DNA of 64,000 bases from Terriglobales bacterium. GTDB taxonomy: Bacteria; Acidobacteriota; Terriglobia; Terriglobales; Acidobacteriaceae. A program made the position numbers and the translations under genes. Within the stretch, counting starts at the first letter, position 1, and each line of letters opens with the position of its first letter. Under the pieces are notes generated by a model. It worked only from the letters and a program-made list of their open reading frames with translations. It searched no databases and was not told the DNA's origin. This document shows, in pieces, positions 1-9,853 of the stretch. The stretch covers positions 101,343-165,342 of the forward strand of contig JBBQWT010000004.1 of NCBI GenBank assembly GCA_038210375.1. The letters run 5' to 3'.

Positions 1-120
1 CTTGCGGCATTCCGAAACCACCAACTGCGGGGCTCCGGATTGCAATTGTCTGGCCCGCCGCGCGGCCACCAGGATGTAACGATAATTGCTGTCAAACCCT
101 TCCATGATCACTGCTGTCAT
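1..120 (-). CDS. rpoZ: RNA polymerase omega subunit, N-terminal part (gene runs off the left edge)
   Basis: Not in the ORF track because it is truncated. Reverse-strand ATG at 118-120 is preceded by GAGGTG. It reads MTAVIMEGFDSNYRYILVAARRARQLQSGAPQLVVSECRK, matching the omega N-terminal helix pattern (NRY..V..AA.RARQL). It lies directly downstream of gmk, the common gmk-rpoZ order. Confidence 0.8.
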   Translation of the reverse strand, partial: MTAVIMEGFDSNYRYILVAARRARQLQSGAPQLVVSECRK

Positions 121-180
121 TGGCGCACCTCGATGGAGTGAGTAAAGGATTGCAAGCGTATCTTCGTCAGGAATTGCCGG

Positions 181-1035
181 CTACGGAGCGCCCGTGGTTC
201 GGAAAGAATCGATGATGGGTTGCAAGCGCTCATCCATGTTTTCCCTGCGGCATGATTTTGCTGTAGCCATCATGCGCCGGTCGTCGTCAGATAGCAAACC
301 CGATGGATGGATATGGGGAAAATCATGGGGATCGGGCGCCAGCGGCGGACATTCGCTTTGCGCCACCACTGCTCCCGCCGGACCTGAGCCGGTCCCATGG
401 ACCGCTTGAACGGCCTGCGGCGGCGATGTGCCGGGAGGCCTACGCGCGAGCGATTCTTTCTGTTCTTTGGCCCGGCGTTCTGAAAGTACGATCGCAACCA
501 GGGCGTCGAGCGATTCTTCGAGACGGTCATTCACGATGATGTAATCGTAGTTGGTATAGTTTTCAATCTCGCCGGTGGCGTTTTTGAGGCGGCGCTCGAT
601 CACCGCTTCATCCATGTTCTCGCTGCGATTGCGTTTTCGCAAACGCGATTCCAGCTCCTTGCGCGACGGAGGTAGCACGAAGATGCTGATGGCGCCGGGG
701 ATCTTCTGCTTGACCTGGCGCTCGCCCTGCACATCGATATCCAGCAGCAGGTCTTCGCCGCGCGCCTCGGCTTCGGCGAAGAATCTTCGCGCCGAACCGT
801 AATAGTTGCCGAAGACCTCCGCAAACTCCAGAAGCTCGTCCCGCTCCACCATCTTCAGAAAATCGTTCTGGCCGACAAAATAATACTCACAGCCATTCTT
901 CTCGCTGCCGCGCGGCGGCCGCGTGGTGTAGGAAACCGAAAACACCAGGTGATCGACGTAATGACGCAGGCCATTCACCAGCGTCGATTTTCCCGAGCCC
1001 GAGGGCGCGGAGATGATGAAGAGAAGGCCGCTCAT
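181..1035 (-). CDS. gmk: Guanylate kinase with an ~80-residue C-terminal tail
   Basis: P-loop SAPSGSGKST and the guanylate kinase signature YTTRPPRGSEKNGCEYYFV. ATGA overlap (1032-1035) with the upstream yicC-like ORF. Confidence 0.9.
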   Translation of the reverse strand: MSGLLFIISAPSGSGKSTLVNGLRHYVDHLVFSVSYTTRPPRGSEKNGCEYYFVGQNDFLKMVERDELLEFAEVFGNYYGSARRFFAEAEARGEDLLLDIDVQGERQVKQKIPGAISIFVLPPSRKELESRLRKRNRSENMDEAVIERRLKNATGEIENYTNYDYIIVNDRLEESLDALVAIVLSERRAKEQKESLARRPPGTSPPQAVQAVHGTGSGPAGAVVAQSECPPLAPDPHDFPHIHPSGLLSDDDRRMMATAKSCRRENMDERLQPIIDSFRTTGAP

Positions 1036-1922
1036 TCGATGTTCTGCACCTGTTCGCGCGATTTTTCTATTTCCGCCTTCATGCTCAGGCCTAGCTCAGT
1101 AATGCGCAAGCCCAGACCGGCCACGCCCGAAGTCTTGGACAGCATGGTGTTGGCCTCGCGGCTCATCTCCTGCAGCAGAAAGTCCATTTTCTTGCCCGCC
1201 TCGGTGTCGGAATCGAGCAAGCCGGTGAAATGACGGATGTGCGCCAGCATGCGCACCGTCTCTTCTTCCAGGTCGCTGCGCTCGGCCAGGATGGCCGCCT
1301 CCTGCAAGATACGCGCCGGATCGACGTTGCCGGCGATAAGCTCGGTCAAGCGGGAGCGAATTTTCTCGCAGTAGGCCGCCGAAACCTCTGACCGCAACTG
1401 GGCGACCTCGCGCGTCAGCCCTTCCAGGACCTGCATTCGGTGGCGCAGATCGTTGGACAGTTCCGCTCCTTCCTGCTCGCGCATCTGTTGGAGAGAACGA
1501 ATGGCCTGGTGCAGCGCCTCTTCGGCGAGTATCTCCCATTCGTCGCCGTCGGCTCGGGGCGCGGAATCCAGCAGGGCTCCCGGCACCTTCAAGATGAGGT
1601 TCAAGTCCGGGTCGGAATGCAGGCCGTGCTGCGCTGCCGCGTCGCGGTAGGCGGCCACGTAGTCCCTGATCCAAACGTGGTTGAGGCTCATGCCGCTGGT
1701 CGCAGCAGCGTCAAAACTAAGCGAGACTTCGACCCGCCCGCGGCTGAGGCGCTCCTTTAGAATGCGGCGCACTTTCATCTCGAAGCCGTTCATGTCGCCC
1801 GGCAGGCGCAGGTGTACCTCGAGGAAGCGGTGATTGACCGACTTCAGCGACAGATTGAAGCTGCGCCCGCCGGCGCCGACGGCCTGCACCTGGGAGAAGC
1901 CGGTCATCGATCGAGTCGGCAA
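1032..1922 (-). CDS. yicC: YicC-family stress-induced protein
   Basis: N-terminal SMTGFSQ and a C-terminal ...EIEKSREQVQNIE end are typical of the YicC/TIGR00255 family. Length is ~290 aa, and the gene is in an operon with gmk and rpoZ. Confidence 0.8.
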   Translation of the reverse strand: MPTRSMTGFSQVQAVGAGGRSFNLSLKSVNHRFLEVHLRLPGDMNGFEMKVRRILKERLSRGRVEVSLSFDAAATSGMSLNHVWIRDYVAAYRDAAAQHGLHSDPDLNLILKVPGALLDSAPRADGDEWEILAEEALHQAIRSLQQMREQEGAELSNDLRHRMQVLEGLTREVAQLRSEVSAAYCEKIRSRLTELIAGNVDPARILQEAAILAERSDLEEETVRMLAHIRHFTGLLDSDTEAGKKMDFLLQEMSREANTMLSKTSGVAGLGLRITELGLSMKAEIEKSREQVQNIE

Positions 1923-1924
1923 GC

Positions 1925-3772
1925 TTATGGCCTCACGGGAACTTCGGGAATTTTCATGTCCACATCGATAAATTGCAACTCGTAAAGCCGGCGGTAGGTG
2001 CCCAGGCGACCCAGCAATTCTTCATGGCTGCCTTCATCGGCGATGCGCCCGTCTTCGATGACCACAATACGGTCGGCGCGCCGCACCGTGGAAAGCCGGT
2101 GCGCGATCACAAACACGGTACGCCCCCGCATCAGGTTTTGCAGCGCCACCTGCACCAGGGCTTCCGATTCGGTGTCCAGGGCGGAGGTGGCCTCGTCGAG
2201 AATCAGGATGGGAGCGTTCTTGAGCAGGGCGCGGGCGATGGCGATGCGCTGTCGTTCGCCGCCGGAGAGCCGCAACCCTCGCTCCCCGATGATGGTGTCA
2301 TATCCTTCCGGCAGGTTTTGAATAAAATCATCGGCCAGGGCGGCGCGCGCGGCGACGCGGATGAGATCAAGACTCACATGCGGCCGGCCATACGCGATGT
2401 TGTTGGCTACGGTGTCATTGAACAGGATGGTTTCCTGGGTCACGATGCCCACCTGCGCGCGCAGCGAATCCAGCGAGACGTCGCGCACATCGTGGCCGTC
2501 GAGCAGCAGCCGGCCCGCACTGACGTCGAAAAAGCGGGGAATCAGGTGCACCAGCGTGCTCTTGCCCGATCCGCTCGAGCCCACGATGGCGAGCATTTCC
2601 CCGGCATGTACTTCAAGATTGATGTCATGCAGTACGGTGCGGCCGGGCTCGACGTCGGCGCCGGTGTACGCGAAATCCACGTGCTCGAATTTCACCGTGC
2701 TGCGGAACGCCGGCAACTGGAGGGCTCCGGCTGATTGTTTTACGTCGTCGTCGGCATCCATGAATTGAAACAACGTGGAGGATGCGCCCACCGCCTGGTG
2801 GTAGCTGTTATGAAACTGGGTGAACTTGCGCACCGGGTCGTAGAGCTTGAAGACGGCGATGATAAAGGTAAGAAAACTTCCGGCGGAAAACGCCCCGGCG
2901 CCGATGCGATCGCGTCCCAGCAGCATCAGCATGGCGATGGCGATGGAGGCGATGATGTCCATGAGCGGGGAGCTGATGGCCTGGGTCTGGGCGGAACGCA
3001 GGTTGGCGCGCAACAACCGGGCGGCGGCCTGGCGGAATCGCATGTTTTCCCATGACTCCATGCCAAAGGCCTTCACGATGCGATTGCCGCTGATGGTTTC
3101 ATGCAGGATGTTCTGAATGTCGGCCAGCTTGTCCTGGCCGCGACGGGTGGTAAAGCGCACCCGCCGCCCGATCTTGCCGGAGGAAAACAGGATTACCGGA
3201 ATGAACAGCAGCAGGATGAATGCCATCTTGCCGCCCAGCAGCACCACCACCACGGCGGTAAAAACCAGGATAAAAAGCTGTTGCAGGAATTCCGCCAGCA
3301 CCGCCGAAACCGCAAACTGGATGCGCTCGATGTCATTAATGATTGTCGAAAGCAGCGTGCCCGTGGAGTGCCGCTGAAAGAACGCCACCGAACGCCGCAG
3401 AATGGCTTCATACAGATCGTTGCGCAGGTCGGTGAGCATTCCCAGCCCGGCATAATTCACCAGGTAAGTGCCCGCGTACAGCGCCAAGCCTTTTAGGACG
3501 GTGGCCACCACCAGGGAAAACGCGACTATGGTCCAGGCATTGCGAAAATGGCTGGGAACGAGCTGCTGCAGGTAGAGGGTGTGCCCGGAGATAGTGAAGA
3601 GAACGATATCGCGCGATTGCGACGCGGGATGAAGAACGCGGTCAAAGATGGGACGTACCAGCAGCACGCGGAACGCGTCCATGAGCCCCGCAACCGCCAT
3701 CAGCACCACGGAACCGGCAAACGGCAAGCGGTAGGGGCGCAGGTACTTGAGTAAGCGGTTCAGCTCCATCAA
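1925..3772 (-). CDS. ABC exporter with fused permease and ATPase, MsbA-like lipid A/lipid flippase
   Basis: Six-TM N-terminal half. Walker A GSSGSGKST, ABC signature LSGGERQR and Walker B LILDEATSALD. Divergent from the lpt gene cluster. Confidence 0.85.
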   Translation of the reverse strand: MMELNRLLKYLRPYRLPFAGSVVLMAVAGLMDAFRVLLVRPIFDRVLHPASQSRDIVLFTISGHTLYLQQLVPSHFRNAWTIVAFSLVVATVLKGLALYAGTYLVNYAGLGMLTDLRNDLYEAILRRSVAFFQRHSTGTLLSTIINDIERIQFAVSAVLAEFLQQLFILVFTAVVVVLLGGKMAFILLLFIPVILFSSGKIGRRVRFTTRRGQDKLADIQNILHETISGNRIVKAFGMESWENMRFRQAAARLLRANLRSAQTQAISSPLMDIIASIAIAMLMLLGRDRIGAGAFSAGSFLTFIIAVFKLYDPVRKFTQFHNSYHQAVGASSTLFQFMDADDDVKQSAGALQLPAFRSTVKFEHVDFAYTGADVEPGRTVLHDINLEVHAGEMLAIVGSSGSGKSTLVHLIPRFFDVSAGRLLLDGHDVRDVSLDSLRAQVGIVTQETILFNDTVANNIAYGRPHVSLDLIRVAARAALADDFIQNLPEGYDTIIGERGLRLSGGERQRIAIARALLKNAPILILDEATSALDTESEALVQVALQNLMRGRTVFVIAHRLSTVRRADRIVVIEDGRIADEGSHEELLGRLGTYRRLYELQFIDVDMKIPEVPVRP

Positions 3773-3912
3773 GTGAGCATTTTACCCGAAAGATGCGGCA
3801 GGGGATGATACGGCAGATGGTTCTCCGCGGGTTGGGAATGCCGAAGAATCGGGCTCGACTGAGCTCCGAATCGTTCTTCCGGCCACGGCGCCATCCGTTG
3901 CCTTGCGGTTTT

Positions 3913-3920
3913 GTAATACT
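3913..3920 (+). promoter_or_regulatory. Candidate extended -10 box (TGTAATACT) 8 nt upstream of the ATG at 3929; possible leaderless or near-leaderless transcript
   Basis: TGnAATACT lies at 3912-3920. There is no Shine-Dalgarno-like purine run between it and the ATG. Confidence 0.25.
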
Positions 3921-3928
3921 CTTGTCTC

Positions 3929-6343
3929 ATGGCTACACGCATCGAAGTGCTGCGGCGCTGGCTCGGAATCACCGCCATACTGATCATCTTGCTGGTGACC
4001 GGTCTCTTCTTCTATGTGCGCTACCGGGCGCGTGAAACCGTGGCGGCGGTAGAGAAGCGGCTGGGCATCAACATCCAGCAGAGCACTACGGGCTTTAGTT
4101 TTTCGAAGTCTGAGGGCGGACGCACCCTCTTCACCATCAAGGCCGACAAGGCCATCCAGCTCTCGATGGGAGGGCGCAGCCGCCTGCAAAACGTCAGCAT
4201 CGTCGTGTACGGGCGAAAAAGCAATCGCTTCGATCGCATTCACGGCAGCGAATTCGCCTACGACCCGGCAAGCGGAGAAGTTTCCGCGGAAGGCGATGTG
4301 GAAATTGAGCTGGAAGGCGACACCGGAGCCACCGCGCGGCCGGACCAGAGTGTTCCCGCCGAAACCGGCAAAAACCCTGTGCATCTGCAAACCCGCGGCC
4401 TGGTGTTCAACCAGAAGACCGGGCTGGCTTCCACCCCGGAGAACATTGAATTTGTTCTTCCCCAGGGAAGCGGCTCGGCTCACGGGGCTTTATACGATAG
4501 CCACGAAGGCATACTCACCCTGCAATCGGCCTTGCATCTGACTACCTCGGCGTCGGTGTTGAAAAAGGGATTGCGGCCCAGTGGAAGGGTTGCCGTCACC
4601 GCCGCCACCGGCCCGCCGACCACGCTCGATGCGACTCACGGCGTTTTCACAACATCGCCGCGCCGCGCCACGCTTGATGGCGTGCGCCTGCACCAGCCCG
4701 AACAGGAGGTGGAGGCCGGGCAGGTCACGATACTGCTGCGTCCCGATAACCAGATCGAGAGCGCGGTGGCCACCGGCAATGTGCGTATCACCCAGACAGA
4801 CCCCAGGGGGGTAAACAATACGCTGCGCAGCGACCGCGCCGATGCGGTGGTGAATGCCAGGGGCGAGTTTCAGAATGTGAAAATGACCGGCGGAGTAGTC
4901 ATGGATTCAACCGGCGCCACACCTCGCCACGCCACCGCGGGCATGGTCACCGTTGATTTTGCTGGAGCCAACCGGGTGCGGAAAGCGCGCGCCAGTGATC
5001 ATGTCATCCTGCGGCAAGGTGCGGAAGGTCCTGGGCAGAAATCGCTGCAGATCGCCGCTGAAGCCGTCGATTTTTTCCGGGATGGCGACTCGGCCACCCT
5101 GAACCGCGCCACTACTTCGGGCCCCGCGCAAATCGTGATCGCCGATAACCAGCTTGGAGCCGCCGTAACATCGGTATCGGGGGTCGATGGGAAAAATGCC
5201 CACACTACCATTACCGCGGGGTCGTTTTCCGCGGCGCGGGACGCCGCCGGCACCACCCGCGTCCACGGCGAACCCAATGCCAAAATCGTTTTCGAGACTC
5301 CGGGACAGCCGGTGCGCACCAGCGCCAGCCGGCAACTTGATGTGGTGCTGGCCGGGGGGCCGGCTTCCTCGAGATTTTCCGGGGGGTCTTCCAAAAAGTC
5401 CGCGGGGCCGGCCGGCGGCATTTCGTCGGTGGTGCAGCAGGGCGACGTGCGCATCGAAGAAGCCGGCCGGGTGGCGACCGCCGGCATGGCCACCTATGTT
5501 CCCGCCGAGCAGTCGCTGCTGCTGACCGGTTCTCCGCGAGTCACCCAGGACGAAATCGTCACCACGGCCCGTACAATCCAGTTGAACGGCCGGAGCGGGG
5601 AAGTCAGCGCCCGCGGCGAGGTTAAGACCACATACAACGACAGCCGCTCCGCGGCGGGCGCGCTGTTTACCGGGGCCGAGCCCATCCACGCCACCGGGGA
5701 AGAGATGACCGCGCGCAAGGCGACGGCCACCGCCATTTATTCCGGCGGAGCGCGTCTGTGGCAGGGGGTCAACATCATTCAGGCGCCGGTCATTGAGTTC
5801 GACAAGAACGCGCAGAGCATTCGCGCCACCGGGCAAGCCGCCACCGGAAAACAGTCGGTGTCGTGCGTTCTGGTGCAGACCAATGCCAAAGGCAAACTTG
5901 TGCCGGTGAACATTCACTCCACCCGGCTGGTGTATTCCGATAAGGAACGCAAGGCGCGATTTGATGGCGGGGTCACGATGACCGCCGAAGATGGAACTAC
6001 CCGGGCCGACCATGTGGATGTCATCCTTTATCCAGCGCGCCGCCCGGGCGGACAGGCTATCCCCGCCGGATCGCCGTCCGGCCAATTGAAAGAGATCATA
6101 GCCGACGGGGGCGTAGTGGTGCAGCAGGCCACCCGGAAGGTCTCGGGAAGCCGCCTGGTTTATTCCGCGCAAGAGGGAAAATTCGTGGTGACGGGGACGC
6201 CGCAAGAACCGCCTAGCATTTTTGATGCCGAACAGGGCAAAGTTACCGGGGAAACTTTGACTTTCTATAATCGCGATGATAGGGTGCGGATAGATAGCGG
6301 GGATTTGACGCGCACCCTGACCCAAACCCGGATAAAAAAATAA
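3929..6343 (+). CDS. Membrane-anchored LptC/LptA (OstA)-like LPS transport protein, unusually large (804 aa)
   Basis: Single N-terminal TM helix (ITAILIILLVTGLFFYV), followed by long beta-type Gly/Thr/Val/Ala-rich sequence. The stop at 6343 abuts the lptB ATG at 6344. It occupies the position of lptC-lptA in the conserved lptCAB-rpoN-hpf cluster. Confidence 0.7.
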   Translation: MATRIEVLRRWLGITAILIILLVTGLFFYVRYRARETVAAVEKRLGINIQQSTTGFSFSKSEGGRTLFTIKADKAIQLSMGGRSRLQNVSIVVYGRKSNRFDRIHGSEFAYDPASGEVSAEGDVEIELEGDTGATARPDQSVPAETGKNPVHLQTRGLVFNQKTGLASTPENIEFVLPQGSGSAHGALYDSHEGILTLQSALHLTTSASVLKKGLRPSGRVAVTAATGPPTTLDATHGVFTTSPRRATLDGVRLHQPEQEVEAGQVTILLRPDNQIESAVATGNVRITQTDPRGVNNTLRSDRADAVVNARGEFQNVKMTGGVVMDSTGATPRHATAGMVTVDFAGANRVRKARASDHVILRQGAEGPGQKSLQIAAEAVDFFRDGDSATLNRATTSGPAQIVIADNQLGAAVTSVSGVDGKNAHTTITAGSFSAARDAAGTTRVHGEPNAKIVFETPGQPVRTSASRQLDVVLAGGPASSRFSGGSSKKSAGPAGGISSVVQQGDVRIEEAGRVATAGMATYVPAEQSLLLTGSPRVTQDEIVTTARTIQLNGRSGEVSARGEVKTTYNDSRSAAGALFTGAEPIHATGEEMTARKATATAIYSGGARLWQGVNIIQAPVIEFDKNAQSIRATGQAATGKQSVSCVLVQTNAKGKLVPVNIHSTRLVYSDKERKARFDGGVTMTAEDGTTRADHVDVILYPARRPGGQAIPAGSPSGQLKEIIADGGVVVQQATRKVSGSRLVYSAQEGKFVVTGTPQEPPSIFDAEQGKVTGETLTFYNRDDRVRIDSGDLTRTLTQTRIKK

Positions 6344-7072
6344 ATGCGAACGCTGGCGACCGATGGCATTGGCAAGTCCTACCGCCGCCGTCGTGTGGTG
6401 GAGGGTGTTAACCTTAGGGTAAACCAAGGCGAGGTAGTTGGTTTACTGGGGCCTAACGGAGCGGGCAAGACCACGACCTTCTATATGATCGTCGGCCTGA
6501 TCGCCCCGGACAGCGGCCGCATCATGGTGGATCAGCACGACATCACCACCGTGCCCATGTATCTGCGGGCGCGCTCCCACGGCATCAGCTACCTGCCCCA
6601 GGAACCGTCGATTTTTCGCAAGCTGACGGTGGAAGAGAACATACTCGCCGTCCTCGAAGCCCAGGCCATCTCATCGCACGAGCGCCGCGAGAAAGCCGAG
6701 CAATTGCTGGAGCAACTGGGCTTGTGCCACGTGCGCAAGAACCGGGGGTACGCTCTTTCCGGAGGCGAACGGCGCCGCGTGGAAATCGCGCGCTGCCTGT
6801 GCATTTCCCCGTCGTTCATCCTGCTCGACGAGCCGTTCTCCGGAATCGATCCTCTGGCGGTTCTGGATCTGCAGAAAATTATCTTTGACCTGAGAAAACG
6901 CGGGATCGGCGTGCTCATCACCGACCATAACGTCAGGGAAACGCTTTCGGTCACCGATCGCGCTTACATCATCCACGAAGGCCGCATCTTTCGCTCCGGC
7001 ACCCCGGAGGTGCTGGGCAACGATCCCGAGGTCAAACGCGTGTATCTCGGCGAGAATTTTTCCATGGTTTAA
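6344..7072 (+). CDS. lptB: LPS export ABC transporter ATP-binding protein
   Basis: Walker [10 protein letters not shown], signature LSGGERRR and Walker [13 protein letters not shown]. Length ~240 aa, immediately upstream of rpoN. Confidence 0.93.
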   Translation: MRTLATDGIGKSYRRRRVVEGVNLRVNQGEVVGLLGPNGAGKTTTFYMIVGLIAPDSGRIMVDQHDITTVPMYLRARSHGISYLPQEPSIFRKLTVEENILAVLEAQAISSHERREKAEQLLEQLGLCHVRKNRGYALSGGERRRVEIARCLCISPSFILLDEPFSGIDPLAVLDLQKIIFDLRKRGIGVLITDHNVRETLSVTDRAYIIHEGRIFRSGTPEVLGNDPEVKRVYLGENFSMV

Positions 7073-7158
7073 GGCGCTTCACAAGGAGCCGGAATCTTAA
7101 ATTCAGCGTGACAGTTCAAGCATGTTTCTAGCGCTGCCGGGTTCGCCCGCGGATCACC

Positions 7159-8862
7159 ATGCCTTTACTTCAGCCCAATCTGAGCCTCAAGCTTTCCCAG
7201 CGGCAGATACTCACGCCCGGCCTGGTGCAGATGGTGACCGTGCTGGCGCTGAACCGGCTGGAGCTGAAGGAGATGATCAATGCCGAGCTGATTGAAAATC
7301 CGGTGCTGGAGGAGCTGGAAACTTCAGTGCCGCTGCTCGATCAGATCTCCGAGCGCGAAGAGGCCCGCGAACGCCAGGACACCGCCGAGTTGGAGCAGGA
7401 TGCGCCCGCCAGCGAGCCCAAAGACGCGTTCGATGAAATTGATTTCGGAACTTATTTCAAGGACTACCTCGACCCCGGTTATCGCAGCCCGAACGAAATC
7501 GAGTCGGTCGAACGGCCCTCGTTTGAGAATTTCCTGTCGCGTCCCGCCACCCTGACCGATCACCTCAGCTGGCAATTGGGTTCCATTCATCTTTCCGCCG
7601 AGGAACGTGCGGCCGGCGAGCTGGTGATCGGCAACCTCAACGAAGAAGGCTACCTGACGGCCAGTGACGAGGAGTTGCTGGCCGTTTTGCGGGATGATCC
7701 CGAAGGCGGGAATGTTGCTCTTCCTGGTGACACTGAAGTTGACGCGTTTCTCGAACCCGCCGCCGGTGTGCACCCGGAAGCCGTCCCTGCGAGTGGCGAT
7801 GAAAGAGCGACCAAGTCGGCGGATGCGCCGGCCCCGGAACCTCCGCAGGCAAAGGATCTCCATCGCAAAGAAGTGAGCGAAACAGATACGACTTTCACCC
7901 GCGAAATCCTCCACCACGCCATCACCATGGTCCAACAGATGGACCCCCCGGGAGTGGCCGCCCGCGACCTTTGCGAGTGTTTGCGGCTGCAGCTTCTGTA
8001 CCACCAGCAACTGGCCGCACACAAAAATAATGCGGCTGATCCGGAAAGCAACCAGATGCTGCAGGATTGTTTTGCCATCGTCGCCGATTGCCTGCCACTG
8101 CTGCAAAAGAAAGAATTGAAAGAGATCGCCAAGGTGTTGCGCCGCCCGCTGGCGGCGGTCGAACAAGCGGTGGATTTCATTCGTACCCTAGATCCCCGGC
8201 CGGGTCTGCGTTACAACAAGGAAGAAGCGCGGGTGATTGAGCCCGATGTGGCATTCGTCAAGCAGGGCGACGCCTACATGGTCATCATGAATGAGGAGGA
8301 GGTGCCGCAACTCCGCTTGAGCCCAACCTACAAGCGACTGATGGCCCGCGGGGCGGCGGAGAAGGATGTGCGCAATTATGTGAAAGAGCGGTACCGCTCC
8401 GCCATCCAGCTCATCAGGAACATCGAACAGCGCAAGCACACCATCGCCCGGGTGTGCTACTCCATCATTGAACGGCAGCGCGACTTTCTCGATTATGGGG
8501 TGGACCGCATGAAGCCCATGATGATCAAGGAAGTGGCCGAGGAGATCGGGGTGCATCCCTCCACGGTCAGCCGCGCAGTTTCCAACAAATACGTGCATAC
8601 CCCGCAGGGCGTATTCGAGCTGCGTTATTTCTTCAGCGAAAGCGTGAACGGTCCCGAAGGCTTGTCAACGTCGCTGTTGATATTGAAGCGCCGGGTGAAG
8701 AAGATCATCGAAGACGAAGACCCGCAGCGGCCGCTCACTGACGACCAGATCACCCGCATCTTACTGGACCAGGGAATCAGGGTGACCCGGCGCACTGTGG
8801 CCAAGTATCGCGAAGATATGCGCATCCCCAGCACCCATCACCGCAAGGTCAAAGAACGATGA
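7159..8862 (+). CDS. rpoN: RNA polymerase sigma-54 factor
   Basis: N-terminal region I (LKLSQRQILTPGLVQMV..L) and an acidic region II. C-terminal HTH and RpoN box (RRTVAKYRE). Confidence 0.95.
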   Translation: MPLLQPNLSLKLSQRQILTPGLVQMVTVLALNRLELKEMINAELIENPVLEELETSVPLLDQISEREEARERQDTAELEQDAPASEPKDAFDEIDFGTYFKDYLDPGYRSPNEIESVERPSFENFLSRPATLTDHLSWQLGSIHLSAEERAAGELVIGNLNEEGYLTASDEELLAVLRDDPEGGNVALPGDTEVDAFLEPAAGVHPEAVPASGDERATKSADAPAPEPPQAKDLHRKEVSETDTTFTREILHHAITMVQQMDPPGVAARDLCECLRLQLLYHQQLAAHKNNAADPESNQMLQDCFAIVADCLPLLQKKELKEIAKVLRRPLAAVEQAVDFIRTLDPRPGLRYNKEEARVIEPDVAFVKQGDAYMVIMNEEEVPQLRLSPTYKRLMARGAAEKDVRNYVKERYRSAIQLIRNIEQRKHTIARVCYSIIERQRDFLDYGVDRMKPMMIKEVAEEIGVHPSTVSRAVSNKYVHTPQGVFELRYFFSESVNGPEGLSTSLLILKRRVKKIIEDEDPQRPLTDDQITRILLDQGIRVTRRTVAKYREDMRIPSTHHRKVKER

Positions 8863-8932
8863 GGTAGCCGCGAACGTAGTTGCGAACATCATAATGAATA
8901 GGTCATTCGAACCAATCCCAGGGAGCCAAGCG

Positions 8933-9532
8933 ATGAATGTGGAATATACCGGCAGGCAGGTAGAGATATCGAATGCGATCAGGATCCAGACCGAACACGG
9001 GCTGGCGAAACTGGAAAAAATTTTCGGAGGCGACTTCCACACCCACGTGATCCTGGGAACGGAAAAACGGCGGTGCAAAGCGGAAATCACCCTGAACCTG
9101 AGGGACCATCCCCTGGTCGGGGTGGCAGAGGCGGCTACCATGCCGCTCGCTATCAGCGGCGCCCTCGATCACATTGGCAGCCAGGCGGTGAAATACAAGA
9201 GCCGGCTGCGCAGCCGGAAGCGTAACGCCGCTACTCGCAAGCCGGGCAAGGCCATCGGCGGCCCGGAGTCCGCGAATGGGGAATTACCAACCTCCACCTT
9301 GCCCAACAGCTCCGCTATGATGACCCATAATTTCCCCGAGGTAAGCGTGGTCACCGAGGCCCACGTTGTGGCGTCCAACGAGGCCGTGGCCAAGCGTCCG
9401 CTGACCATTGATGAGGCGATTAAGGAAGCAGAGTTTCGCGACCAGGAAGTGTTTGTATTCAGAGATATGGCGGGGAACGTTAAAGTGCTGCATCGCAAGA
9501 GAGATGGACATCTGGTGCTGATCGAGGCCTAA
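8933..9532 (+). CDS. hpf: Ribosome hibernation promoting factor, long form
   Basis: MNVEYTGRQVEISNAIR start is typical of HPF/RaiA, and GGGAG lies 7 nt upstream of the ATG at 8933. The C-terminal dimerisation-type domain (FRDQEVFVFRD..GNVKVLHRKRDGHLVLIE) is present. The gene follows rpoN. The track ORF begins at 8894. Confidence 0.9.
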   Translation: MNVEYTGRQVEISNAIRIQTEHGLAKLEKIFGGDFHTHVILGTEKRRCKAEITLNLRDHPLVGVAEAATMPLAISGALDHIGSQAVKYKSRLRSRKRNAATRKPGKAIGGPESANGELPTSTLPNSSAMMTHNFPEVSVVTEAHVVASNEAVAKRPLTIDEAIKEAEFRDQEVFVFRDMAGNVKVLHRKRDGHLVLIEA

Positions 9533-9629
9533 GGTTAAGGGCGCGCTGGTTTACAAGAATTCCGGGCCTAATCGCAGCCATTGACTGCGGCGCCCCGCCG
9601 ACGCTGGGAGTTCAAGCCCCCTCTCCGGT

Positions 9630-9853
9630 GTCATCTTGACGACCCCCGGCCTCATCGGGGTGAGGAAGGACCCCTACTGTACGACAAATCCCCCCGGGGG
9701 TTTTTCGGTTCTTCGGTACCTGTCAGGCTCGAGATCGACGATCATCGTACGGTGGTCAGTATTCGGCGGAGATGAACCATCGGGTTAGCCGAGAGTTTGC
9801 AGAGGGTAGGGATTCTTCCTCACCCCGATAAAGCCGGGGGTCGTCAGAATGAC
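9630..9853. repeat. Nested palindromic (MITE/REP-like) element: 48-bp inverted arms separated by ~128 bp
   Basis: Left arm 9630-9677 is GTCATCTTGACGACCCCCGGCCTCATCGGGGTGAGGAAGGACCCCTAC. The reverse complement of 9806-9853 is GTCATTCTGACGACCCCCGGCTTTATCGGGGTGAGGAAGAATCCCTAC. It lies between the convergent genes hpf and pruA. Confidence 0.75.

Noticed and set aside
4907-6427. 506-aa ORF on the minus strand
   Set aside because: It is entirely antisense to the lptC/A-like gene and the start of lptB. Its Arg/Gly/Pro-rich composition is typical of wrong-frame translation of GC-rich DNA, and it has no motif.
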